NCBI RefSeq assembly: GCF_006345805.1
Contig: NC_042999.1
Location: 34,162,001 to 34,226,000 of the forward strand
Direction of reading: 5' to 3'
DNA length: 64,000 bases
Source: Octopus sinensis
Taxonomy: Eukaryota
Made by a program: the position numbers and the translations under genes
Shown: piece by piece, positions 1 to 12,199 of the stretch
How the letters are laid out: the number at the start of each line of letters is the position of its first letter
How positions within the stretch are numbered: position 1 is the stretch's first letter
Notes under the pieces: generated by a model
Seen by the model: only the letters and a program-made list of their open reading frames with translations
Database searches by the model: none
Told to the model about the DNA's origin: nothing

Positions 1-837
1 TGTCCAAGTATTTCAATTCCATTATAAGTTGACTGCATTAATGAAAGATAACATCGGTTATTATATATAAACAAACGTAGGAGTATGCTACGAGCGTTTT
101 GTCTTAGACAGTGGCTGATGTTTCATATTATTGTTAATACGATTTTATTGGTTTTTCATGTTTCAATTTTGACGGAGATATCGTAGTGACGCGAGCTGGG
201 GCGCTAAGGACTTTAGTTTACGATGATTTTGTCTCTAATATCGACATTGTGAACGTTAATAAGTTGATATTTTTAATAGAAGCGTAAGTGACGAAGCATT
301 CTCTCTCGTTTCCTTTTCATCCCATGTCCCAACTGTTGTAGCTGAAACTCCATCATGGTCGATTCTATGCTTGAAAACTTTTTATGGCACCATTATTGCA
401 TATATAGTTCTCACCTATTGTGATTACGTTGAATGAAATGCTCCACTCTTTTGATTCCCCTTTGATTAAGTGTCCATGATTGAAAACCACATGATAATAT
501 TGAGATGAAAGTCGCTTGCCCGGTTATAAGTTGCGTTTTTGGTTTTGATGGCTTTGATGGTTATTCTTAAAAGCATGTTTCCTCGGTTTTCTTGAAGTTT
601 CATGAATTAATACAATTTTGTATGCGACATTGTTTTCCGCAATATAGTGATCGGAGAGAATATGTAGAATGTTCGTCAGCAGTCGCATAGAATAATTTTA
701 TCACGAGTCAAGTGTGTACCAACATCATGTTAAATGAATTTATCTTTTCTATTTCTCTGGGTGAGACTTGGAACCAACTTCTACAAATTCAAACAGACGT
801 TTGCATTTGTGCAAACATATATTAATAAAATAATAAC

Positions 838-893
<56 letters not shown>

Positions 894-894
<1 letters not shown>

Positions 895-1330
895 GTAAAA
901 ATATCACTATAATCTGGGATTTTCCAGTCAACACAGACATAACGATCCAGACTAATCGACCAGATATAGTCTTTAAAGACAGGGAAGAAAATGCTTGGGG
1001 ATTAATAGATGTAACTGTTCCCAGTGATAAAAATATATCTGTAAAGGAATATGACAAATTAAGTAAATATAAGGACCTGAAAATTGAAATACAAAAGATC
1101 TGGCATCTTAAAGCGAAAACAGTTATTATTGTGGGCGCCCAAGTTATTATAAAGAAAGGATGTCAGAAACATACAGATAATATCCCAGCAGACCCATGTA
1201 TCAGAGAGATCCAAAAGATTATGCGGACAATTACTGCCCACGTCCTTAGAAAAACCCTATCACTTTAAACTCGACTGCTCTAAGAAAAGAGAATACTAAA
1301 AATAAACACGACCGCTCCCAAAATTTAGTT
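894..1330 (+). mobile_element. 5'-truncated R4/Dong-type non-LTR retrotransposon, RLE domain and 3' UTR
   Basis: Begins right after (TAA)n at about 828-893. The + frame reads ITIIWDFPVNTDITIQTNRPDIVFKD...LIDVTVPSD...KEYDKLSKYKDLKIEIQKIW...TAHVLRKTLSL*, stop at 1268. This is the PD-(D/E)xK RLE signature and is paralogous to ORF 49803..50618. Confidence 0.85.
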
Positions 1331-2185
1331 TAAAAAAAAACGAAAATTTTCCAGGATCCTTGTCTGGTACGTGATTAATACCAATGGTAAGCATGGAATG
1401 TAAAGATGGGTGTGCGGGCCGTGTTTGTAATGTTGTGTGTGTGTCGTCGCAGTGGCAACAGGGACAATTTTCTCTACGAAGGCCTTTTTTGGCCTATCCA
1501 CTGATAAAGTGTCTTTCCGACCATTAAGTCTATAAAAAAAATTATTCGTGCGTGAAAGAAAACGGAAAGTACTTGCATAAGGTGTTGTTAACGGAGGTTT
1601 AACATCATCGTTGCGCACAAAAACGTGAGCACAACAAGTAAAGCTTCCCTGAAGGCAGAGCTAGATTGCAATTGTCAAGTAGGTAAGAGGTTTTGATCAG
1701 GCCCGAAATATTCTAAATTCGTAGAACTAAAAATCTTAGATGATAAATTAAATTTATTATTGTTACTGAATATGTTAGTGTTATTTAATTTCTGAACGGT
1801 TTTGCTGCCGTTTGTTTATATAGTTTGATTTCATTATCCATCAGATTCTGCTAAGGCAGAGATGCGTGTAACATTGGTAATAAAGAAACGAAAATAAAAC
1901 TTTGGAAACAGCAACACAATCATAACTTACATGGAAACCATGAGCATATTTGAAGGGAGATAATCAGAGAAATACGTAAGATCGTATTATTCTTGTAAAG
2001 TAAATATAACAAATAATCCAGAATCCTTGTGCTGTACCGTATTCCAAAACCTAAACAGCTCGTGCCAGAAACGAGACCAAACAGCTCTGAAAGTTTCATT
2101 CGAAACGAGCCAGAGGTTCTTGAGATATCATGTCCAGCGACAAACAAACATGACTGAACTAATACCTCCACTTTCGCTAAGGTTA

Positions 2186-2192
2186 TAATAAT

Positions 2193-2290
<98 letters not shown>
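2186..2290. repeat. (TAA)n microsatellite
   Basis: Directly visible. Confidence 0.95.
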
Positions 2291-2291
<1 letters not shown>

Positions 2292-2845
2292 GCCCTGATG
2301 CAGTACCAGGCAGTGGCTCTCATGGCTTCTGATCTTAACTGATTGGAAGTGTTATCATGTACGTTGTTGTGCCTTGGTATAAAAGATGGGCTACAGCAAA
2401 TATTCTGCTCAATACCACAGATTTGCTTGTCAGCTGCTTGACCTTAACCAGTTGAGCATGTCCCTTAATGGCTGACGATATGTGCATCTCTGATCACGAG
2501 AAGAAGTAGTGGGGGAGCATCATAGCCATGTGTTGAGAAGGATTCTTTGGGGTTTGAATAATTCACCTCTGGAAACATGGGTGGTTCGTTCAACGTCCTT
2601 AAACAACCCTTATTCAGGGACCTTTTGAGCGGGATGGGCTACTCGATCTGAAGAAAATTCTAACTGGGTTCCACCTGCAAGGTCATGTGCTGTTTATCTT
2701 GATATGAGATCACCATGTCGCGCACATATGGTTGTGATGCATGTGCCTGGTGTACCTTTATCAGACGGGTAGTCATGATGGGTATATTGGGCTTCGTATA
2801 TTTTACCCCAGTGTCACTTTGATTGCATGCTCTGCTCGCTCACTC
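2291..2845 (+). mobile_element. About 555-bp non-coding interspersed element embedded in (TAA)n, copy 1
   Basis: Colinear end to end with 26529-27088. Both start TGC(C/T)CTG(A/G)TGCA and end CACTC followed by AATAATAAT. TAA repeats flank both sides, and there is no long ORF. Strand assigned by the TAA tail. Confidence 0.8.
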
Positions 2846-2876
<31 letters not shown>

Positions 2877-4353
2877 CGCAGCCCATGTTAAGTGCCTAGC
2901 AATGCTGCAAGTCGTCACACTGGTACTCAAATCTTGGTGCAGAATTACTTTCACCCGAAACAGCTGTAAGGTAATTAATGCTATTACGTAATGCATTTTC
3001 TTTTTTCTCATTCTTTATCGTTGGCTGTTGCAGTTAGTACTTATCTTCTGGTTCATTTAGCATTCAAGTACTGATGACGTCACTAAATTCACATGACTTC
3101 ACCATGGATTCTCGTTATACTGTACATTATGAGTAATTATAAGCATATTGTTATCTAACAACGTTCATTATTCCGGCTATGACATAGCGGAATTGTAATG
3201 TATAGAATGGGAGTATGTGTGTGCATATGTGTATGTGCGTAAGTGTGTGTGCAGGTGCGTGTGTATGTGTGCGTATTTTTATGCGCACGTGTGTATGCGT
3301 GTGCGCGTGTGTTTGTGTTACACAACCGTATATTGTATGCACGTGTAGATACAAGTATCAATGAAACTTTTAAATATATAAAACAAATACATCACACAGA
3401 AAATCCTCAAATTTTCGGTAAAATATTTCTTATAGAGGTTGCTAAATATGCGTGAATTATATATTTTAAGATACTGGGTAATATCACAAATTGTAGTGGT
3501 GATTTTAAAATTAATATCGAATTGAATTAATATCCAAATTAAATATGTAATTTCATATTACCGTTCTGCATGCAATCAAACAATATACATCACAAAACCG
3601 ATTTAATCTAGAGATATAACTATTGAAAGAGATATACATACCAAATAATGTTATGCTTTATACCAAGAGGGAAGAAATCCTGCTGAAATTGTCATGTACA
3701 TCCACAAAGATTCTATGCCTTTAATCATGCTGTCGCGTTCAAACTCTGTCTCAGACGCACTAATATTACTTATAAAGCAACTTGATATAATAATATATAC
3801 ATCATATTCTCCACTTGATACCTAACATAAAGATGATAAATTTAAAGTATTACTAACGAAGTAGTTCAGCATATAATGCACTTCGAATTAACAGAAGGCT
3901 ATATAATCTCGGGAATGGAAAATGACACGAATAAAAATAAAAAAAAAACAAGGAAATTGTTTCTTTGATCTCGTACAAATTTTCCTCAAGGAACAGTGTA
4001 TCTGACCAGAAGCAGCATCTTGGACGTCTGCTTACCTAATAAAATAGAACTCATCAGCAATGAGAAAGTAATGCCAGCAACTTACTCAAACCATTTTATA
4101 ATAATGTATGGTACAACGTAAATCGAAGATGTATACTACACCACACATGTTTCATCCGACACAGATTTTGCCAGAGCTTCCACAAATTGAGAAAATGAAT
4201 GCTGAAACACAAATTGGCCCGAAAGTCGCTTTATGCAAGCCAATGACACGAAACGTATGGGGTTTATATCAATGATGCGATCAGAATGCATTGGTTTTGT
4301 TTTGTTTTTCGTAGAGAGAATATACAATATAAATGAAAGCAATACTCTTTGAA

Positions 4354-4658
4354 AAAGGCGGCGAGCTGGCAAAGGCGGCGAGCTGGCAAAGGCGGCGAGC
4401 TGGCAAAGGCGGCGAGCTGGCAAAGGCGGCGAGCTGGCAAAGGCGGCGAGCTGGCAGAAACGTTAGCACACCGGGCGAAACACTTAGCGGTATTTCGTCT
4501 GCCGTTACGTTCTGAGTTCAATTCCGCCGAGGTCGACTTTGCCTTTCATCCTTTCGGGGTCGATAAATTAAGTACCAGCAACGCACTAGGGGTCGATGTA
4601 ATCGACTTAATCCGTTTGTCTGTCCTTGTTTGTCCCCTCTGTGGGTAATAAAGAAACA
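4354..4658 (+). mobile_element. tRNA-derived SINE (family A) with sixfold tandem 17-bp 5' head and target-site duplication (TSD)
   Basis: (AAAGGCGGCGAGCTGGC)x6 at 4354-4455, followed by a body with B-box-like GAGTTCAATTCC. Flanking direct repeat AATA(C/T)TCTTTGAAAAAGG at 4341 and 4659. Homologous copies occur at 25.3-25.75 kb, 44.5 kb and 48.9 kb. Confidence 0.85.
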
Positions 4659-5572
4659 AATATTCTTTGAAAAAGGAACATCCGTCTGACATTCAGAATA
4701 ATAATCTCAAATAGCTTAGAGTCAATGGAGACACAATTGTTTAAAAATGCATTAACTTGAATCACAGAAATAAAAACAAATCCTCAGAATCCTTCAGAAA
4801 ATGAAAGTGGGGAAAAAGGAATATCAGGACAATGTAAAGATAAACTTTAAGGCCTTCTATAAATTCTTCAAATAGTATTCCTGTCTTGCAACTCTTTAAA
4901 AGATTTAAAGACAAATGCTTTTCGAAGAAAATAGATCACTGAGTGCAAATCTGAGAAGGATAAGTGAAATACTAAATAAATAAATCCAGAAACGTTTTCA
5001 ATATCCCACAATGATATATGAGCAGTGAGATAATGAATCCTGCTGAATTCATCAACACTGCAACTCTACACAGAAAAAGAGGCAATATTCGATATAATTG
5101 ACATAGATTGATATCCCATGAGATTGATATTACTTGCATATAGTTTTCTTTCAAACACCACGCAAATAATTTTTATACTTTCCTAACTTAATGTCCTCTC
5201 TTTAGATTATCTTGCAAAACTAAACCACTAGATATTTTTATTTCGTATTCTCTTTCAAAACTCTAATAGAATCCATATTGTGGTATCATTAAACCAATAG
5301 CTTTCATATTTCTTTATCGTTCTTCTTTTTTATTTGCAGGTTAATTAGAATCATTGTGAGATTACGCAACAAATCACTATCCTCTTGACATATATCTGCT
5401 TCCCATTTGCTCCCCTGATAATATTTTTTCCCGTGTTCAGTAAGCAATACATTTCAACTGCTATAAGACCGGATAGATATTTCCAGGAAAATAGTATACA
5501 TGCATTGCCGATAAGTGATGACTTACCCTCCATTTAATTTTTCATCCTTGTATAATAACACTCCCTTTACTT

Positions 5573-5629
5573 TTATCACAGAGGTTGGTGCTTATCACAG
5601 AGGTTGGTGCTTATCACAGAGGTTGGTGC
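5573..5629. repeat. 19-bp tandem repeat x3 (TTATCACAGAGGTTGGTGC)
   Basis: Three perfect copies are visible. Confidence 0.9.
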
Positions 5630-6335
5630 TTTTTTTTTATAACTGCGCATGTTTGTGAGATCGGAAACAAAAGTCCTGCAATATAGGATCCACTAACATT
5701 TTTTTCTGCATTCATTTGAAGCAATGTTTTCTCTTTCATTTCTCAAAGATTTATATTAACATCTATTACCCAATTCTTGATTTCATATTGAAAAGCATGT
5801 ACCCACTACATGTCAATATTTTTTTAAAAACCGCCTTGCTCTAACTATTAAAAAATGATTCTTACTGCCTTACCATTTGGTATCTCATTTTCCTGATGTC
5901 TGTTCTCTTTGTTCAAATGTTGGCAGAATTTTCATCTTTTCTGAAGAATCTCTTTTGTTAATGCTGATATCTTTTATCTCGATATCTTGTATTTTTACCT
6001 CACGTTAAATACATTTTTTTATTATCTCTTCTTCAGCAGCGGCTGTAACGTTCTGTATCTGGGGTTATATTCTCATTGGTTCGGATCTTGCTCCAATTTC
6101 TTTCTCATATAATCAACAGCTGACAGCGTACTTCGTGTCTCACCCTTGACTATCTAATACGATATGTAGAGTTGCATGTCAACTTTTGACTTATATTAGA
6201 TTGAAGCCTGTGTAAGGAATTTGATGTTATCGCTTACAAATCAGATGATGTGCAACACAACATACATACACAAACAAACACACACACATGCACACATACA
6301 AAAACACACACATATCTATCTATATATATATATAT

Positions 6336-6460
6336 ATTCTCTTATTCTTTTACTTGTTTCTATCATTTCACTGCGGCCATGGTGGAGCACCACCTTTAGT
6401 CGAACGAATCGACCCCAACATCGGCTGTCAAGCGATGGTGAGGTAACAAATATAGACACC
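6336..6460 (-). mobile_element. SINE family B, 3' fragment with internal deletion
   Basis: Matches the reverse complement of the 3' part of 54817-55222 (CTTTTACTTGTTTC..CATT..ACTGCGGCCATG.TGGAGCACC). Confidence 0.75.
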
Positions 6461-6539
6461 CAACCCCCCCACACACGCATGTATATATATATATATATAT
6501 ATATAAATAACCTCATCATACATATATCATCAATCATCA

Positions 6540-6745
6540 TGTTGAATCGTTAATCCGTGCACGTTTTTTTCTCCCCCTCATTCTTTTCGTTCTGTCCCCA
6601 CTTTTTATCTCTCAATTTTTTCGGTCGAAGAGAGTAGGCTTGAAACGACAAGGACATTTCCACTCTTCCCGAGCGTCAAACAAATACGCCTGATTGGTGT
6701 CCCTTCACCTGTCTTCGTCTTTTGTCATCTGTAAATTTGAACTTT
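6540..6745 (+). mobile_element. Short non-coding element (hammerhead family 2) with degenerate hammerhead-like motif
   Basis: ttt-CGGTCGA-a-gaga-gtag-gctt-GAAA-cgac at 6619-6650, followed by TTCCCGAGCGTC as in family 1. Homologous to 55538-55705 (-). Confidence 0.55.
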
Positions 6746-8044
6746 ACACACACATGTACATGAAAAGGTCTCCATTGCTCATCTTTGTCACATTTGAATA
6801 TTCATCTGCAAATATACGCGCAGGTCTGAGCAAGGTTTGTGGAGGAAGACATGCAGCTATACAAGCATGCAACCCACTCGCTTCCATGACAACGCTCCAA
6901 TCATAGGAACGATCGTCAGATTGGACTGATATGTTTGGGCATTAGCACCATTGAAGACGTTGGTTTCGAAACGAATTAAGGCACAATATACATCACAAGT
7001 TATCTTGCTCAGCTCTACTTCTCCGTGTTGTATTCCTTCTTTATTTTGTCAGGCCTGAAAGTATGAAATACGAAGTCGTCATCGATGAGATTTGAACTCA
7101 CACCTGAAAAATTCAGAACAAATAACGACCGGCATCGTATGAGCCCTGTACCCAACCAAGTCAATTCCTGGTCTTCGTTAAGTGGTCGCTTTTTTTACTA
7201 CTGCTCTGATCGTGCCCCGCTTTCCCCCAATTACCTAGTTATATTAGTGTCTGCTTTGTGAATATTAGGTTTCTTCACGAAAACCTGCTTTACATTTTCT
7301 GTTTTATACATTTTGTGTATTACGTCTCTATTCTTCATAATCAGATAAACGTTCAATCTCACAATGGATAGATATCTTTTCAGATAAATGTATATTCTTT
7401 CAATGGATATATGCTATATACCACCTTGTATTTACTTCTGAATATAAAATTTCAATGCTCGTTACTTGAAAATGGTATCTAAATCCGTTTGTATTTTTAG
7501 TTTTATGCTAATTCAGTTAATGTCCATCAGAATAGAATTTAACTGAAAGTAATTGCATGAGAAGAATAACCAACAGAATCAGCAACACTTCTGAGTAATT
7601 ACTAGTACTAAAAGTATTTGTTTTTTTGTTTTCTATCTGTGTTTATATTATCTGAATCGATCTGCTGAAAATTATCGGACATATATTAAATTTATGATAA
7701 AATATTATATAATATAGAGCTTACTTAGAGTTTCTGGGTGGGTAATTAATATATTTACTTAGTATGCAATGAATAGTAATAACAAAAGGCAACGGCAGAT
7801 GTTCCTTCAGAGTTTATAACAAAAGCCACATCGCCCAATGTTCAATCGAGATTGGAAACATGAGTAAGAAAGGAAAACGAATCGACCCATTACTTATCTT
7901 ATTTTATCGTTCTCTTTTCTGATCTACTAGGTCACGAAGCTGTTAATCAACATCAGTTGTTAAGATGTACTTGTAAACACAACGCAAACGCAAACACCCA
8001 CACACACACTCACACTCACAACTCATACACCCCACCACAAACAT

Positions 8045-8117
<73 letters not shown>

Positions 8118-8120
<3 letters not shown>

Positions 8121-10610
8121 GACGGATAATAAAATTAAAGAAGGAAAGGAAGAAGAAAGGAGGAAAAGGCAAAACAACCAAGACCGAACCGCCACCCACC
8201 TACCAAACAATCAATAAAAAACCCCAATGCCATCCAAAACCCGACAGGAAAGAAGAAATCTGGAAGGCACCCAAAACCTGCAGATTTTACCTGCAAGGCT
8301 AATGTTGGCATGGGGAGGACGGCAAAAGCTGCCGGTTTGCCGACACGACAACCCGCCAGAACTACAGGGGCCTTAAAGAGAAAAACGTCACTGAGGAAAG
8401 ACAACAAATGTCTCCCAGGAAAAGATTCAGAAAGGAAGAGTTCTCCTCAGATGTTCTGCGTAACGCAGCAGCTGAGCAAAAATCTTTATTGTGCATGCAA
8501 TCAAGCCCTATGCATAGCGCTCGTGGAAAGCCACCGCAGCCCTGCTATACAGGATACAGAAGTACACGTACCAAACTATGCAATACTGCGAACAGACAGA
8601 AGGGAAAGGAGCCATGGTGGAGTTACTGTATACATCCGTGATAACCTCATACCCCAGGTCTTACTGTCATACTCAAATTCGGTATGTGACACTCTAATTG
8701 TTTGCATAAGACAATATAATATACTAATATGCAATACATATTGCCCACCGGATGCTCCAAACCACATAGGCATGTTTGAAGATTGCATCACAAACATTAA
8801 AGAAATCCTCATGAATCTGGAGCACCATGTGCTCATATTTCTTATGGGTGATTTCAACTTTTCCAACGTCAAATGGCCTGAAGGTCTCAACTCTCAGGAA
8901 TGACTCATTGCAAGCAAGCACAGGTAGAGTCCCTGCTCAACCTCACCAATGCCTTATTCACGGAGCAAGCTATACTCAGACCAACTAGTGCGAATAACAT
9001 TCTGGATCTCTGCTTCACCAACAATATAGACATCATTCATGATATGAAAGTGACACCGACATTAGTCTCGGATCACAACATAATAGAGCTGTCCATGTTT
9101 GGGCCGAAAGTAACAAGACATACAGTGTAAAGGAAGCATCTGAAATCTCTCCAATCTGAACTTCCACAAAGCAAATTCGAAATCGATCCAAAAACAGATC
9201 CTCAAAAAGAGAAGGCTGGCCGAAATGTCTCTCCACGCCAGACATTGACATGAAACTAGAATGTTTCATTTCTTCTGTGTAAGCCATATGCCAGAAATAT
9301 GTCCCAGAGCACAAGACCAAAACAAATAGGAGCAAGATTCCAAGGGAGCGGAAGATCCTCATGAGACGATGGACGAAGGTTGCAAATCGACTCAACCAAC
9401 AAGTGGCGAAACGTCCCGACTAAAAACAACACTGATGGAGATTGAAAACCGGCTGCAACAATCCTATGTGGGGGAGAAAGCAGACAAAGAAGCCTGAGTT
9501 ATAAAAAACATTAAGGCAATCCCAGAGGCCTACTTTCATTACGCGAAAGAAACAGCCTCAGTAAACTACAAGATAGGACCCCTCCTCCAAAAAGATGGCT
9601 CCCTCACAGACAGTCCAACTAAGATCAGTGAGACACTGAATGACCTTTTCAAAAGTGTCTTTACCACCCCACTGGAACACAGACAAGTGAACGAACAAGT
9701 GGACTTCTTTGCCGTCTTACCTATAACCAGCGAGGCAGTTACTATGGAATGCATTGACATTAGCGATGAAGATATACTACTAGCCATAGATGAACTGAAC
9801 TCAAACTCAACTGCTGGTCCTGGTGGTTTCCCAGCAATCTTCCTCAAATCGTGTAAGCATGCCCTAGCAAAATCCCTCCAGATTCTCTTCCAAAACTTTC
9901 TTACAAATGGCAAACTGCCAAGCAAGCTGAAGGAGGGTATAATATGCCCAATACATAAAGGGGAGAAGTAGAGCAGATGCCAAAAACTATAGGCCTATCT
10001 CTCTGACTTCACACATCAGCAAAGTCATGGAACAGATAGTCAGAGGGAAACTAATCGCATTCCTTGAAGAAAACAACCTGCTGAGTGATACCCAGCATGG
10101 TTTTCGACCAGGTAGGAGCTGCCTGAGCCAGCACATTAAACATTATGACTGGGTGTTGAGGCATTTACTCAACAAATCAAATGTGGACGTAATATAACTT
10201 GATTTTGCAAAAGGTTTTGACAAGGTGGATCATGGTATGATGTGCCACAAACTGCGTGACCTTGGCATAGATGAAATACTTGGAGAGTTGTTACACGACT
10301 TCCTGAAAGATAGGAGTCATGCAGTATCGGCTAATGGAGCCAACTCTATGAACACACAAATAGTGAGCGGTGTTCCACAGGGCAATGTCATGGGACAACT
10401 GCTTTTCATAGTGGCCCTCTCAGATATGCCCTCAAATGACCAGATAGCCACCCTTGCAAGCTATGCAGATGATATGAAATTCTCGCAGAAAATACAGAAC
10501 CCGAGCGATGTTGCACACTTGCAGCAGGAGTTAGACTCAATTTACAGATGGACTGAGGATAATAATATGCAGTTTAATGCAGAAACAGTCCAAGCATGCA
10601 CTACAAAACA
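8118..10610 (+). mobile_element. CR1-group LINE, decayed ORF2 (APE endonuclease and reverse transcriptase)
   Basis: APE motifs YAILRTDR..GGVTVYIRD, YCPPD, MGDFNF, ILDLCFTN, SDHNII. RT motifs NYRPISLTS, QHGFRPGRSC, DFAKGFDKVDH, SGVPQG, YADD. Multiple stops and frameshifts. Starts next to (TA)n. Confidence 0.9.
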
Positions 10611-11416
10611 TGCTCCGTTGTTTTGCTAAAAAACACACAAGCCCAGTGTGTCACATAGTGAGACTGAATCTACGACCACGTTGTTGGGGAGCAAGCTTCT
10701 TTACCACACGGACAAGCCTGCACACAATCAGTCAAATGTATTCGAAAGGGAAGGGAGAATTTCAAAGTTTTAAAGAATAAAAAATATGTTGAAAAAGCGA
10801 TAGTTTTTTAATTAATACATAAACGAGTGGATACGAAAAGATTTTGTGAATTAGTGTATGGAGAATATATCGCCACACATCCAATAACATCCAGCTAGAT
10901 TCTAGACTGAGAGTATAATTATACCTCGTATTGTGGTTTCGTAAGATCAAAGTCACGTTTTGGATTACTTCCTGCTACTTAGCATAAATATGATACTTTT
11001 CAAAGACACTATGATTTTCGGTAAGAGTGCTGGCTGACTACATGATTTACGTCACGGAAATTGAGATCAAATGAGTAAGATTATTTCGAATAATTTTAAA
11101 ATTCTTAGTATAGTATACCTGATTTTTTATTTCGAACTTTTTCTAGTCAAACAATTACTTTGCTGAAGGTAGTATTGTACTTTTTTCATTGCAGTGTCTA
11201 GAGGCACAGGCGAAAAGTTATCGGTCTTTGGTGTTCTCGTGGTATATTATACGTCATTTTATAGGACAATATGATTTTGAAGAGACGTATAATGTTAAAT
11301 TCAACGAGTAATACCACAATTGATTTGAGGAAAACGCATATATACATGCATACACACACACACACACACTCAGACACACATGTACATACCTCTCGCCCTC
11401 ATTCTTTCTCACTCTT

Positions 11417-11470
<54 letters not shown>

Positions 11471-11475
<5 letters not shown>

Positions 11476-11614
11476 ATCCAAACATGAAAACTCAAAGAGG
11501 AAACACAACACGAGGAAGTGGAACTACTATAGTGTTATTGGACGCTCGGGAAAGGAAAGAAAGAAGGAGGATTTAAAAGGAAAGATCCAAGGAAGGGAAG
11601 ACGGAGGAAAAAAA
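11471..11614 (-). mobile_element. Hammerhead family 1 element with the ribozyme core deleted
   Basis: Aligns with 41175-41374 and 60669-60814 but lacks about 36 nt spanning the hammerhead core at about 11576. Lies between (TA)n tracts. Confidence 0.75.
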
Positions 11615-11638
11615 GAAAAAGTGTGTGTGAATAAATAT

Positions 11639-11687
<49 letters not shown>

Positions 11688-11937
11688 ATATATATAATAT
11701 ATATATATATTTCTATATAAATATACATATCTATGTGTGTATGTATGTGTGTGCGTGTGTGTATGTGTAAACAAAAACTAGACACTCCAGACTCTTCAGT
11801 ACCACCATCCTACCTGCACTCTTCTACACAAGTGAAATGTAGACCATTATAAAGAGGACACAACATCGATGTACCACAACTCTAATGGCCATGGACAAAT
11901 CCATGCAAGGAATATCACTACTAGAGCATATTCGAGC

Positions 11938-12019
<82 letters not shown>

Positions 12020-12199
12020 ATATATAAAGGATAAAAGAATACATATATATACACACATACACACATTTATATTAATGTATGTCTTACAAATATTAAAATC
12101 TTGTTATAGAGTAATATTTTTAACTGATAAAAAGTGACAAAAAATTACTTTTCTCTTTATTATGATAACCCCCTATAATGATCTAAATTTTTATAAATC

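Noticed and set aside
1394-1415. miR-1-like sequence TGGAATGTAAAGA
   Set aside because: Only the first 13 nt match, and I see no complementary 5' arm to form a precursor hairpin.
1920-2185. Additional Dong-like 3' end before (TAA)n
   Set aside because: Only an xVLEI-like ending is visible, which is insufficient support.
2615-2690. HDV-like ribozyme in the 555-bp element (GACCTT..AAGGTC pairing)
   Set aside because: I could not assign P1.1, P2 or the catalytic junction by eye, so it is left as a computational check.
4354-4455. CRISPR-like or coding repeat (ORFs 4136-4648)
   Set aside because: The units are contiguous with no spacers and equal the 5' head of a SINE. The ORFs are by-products.
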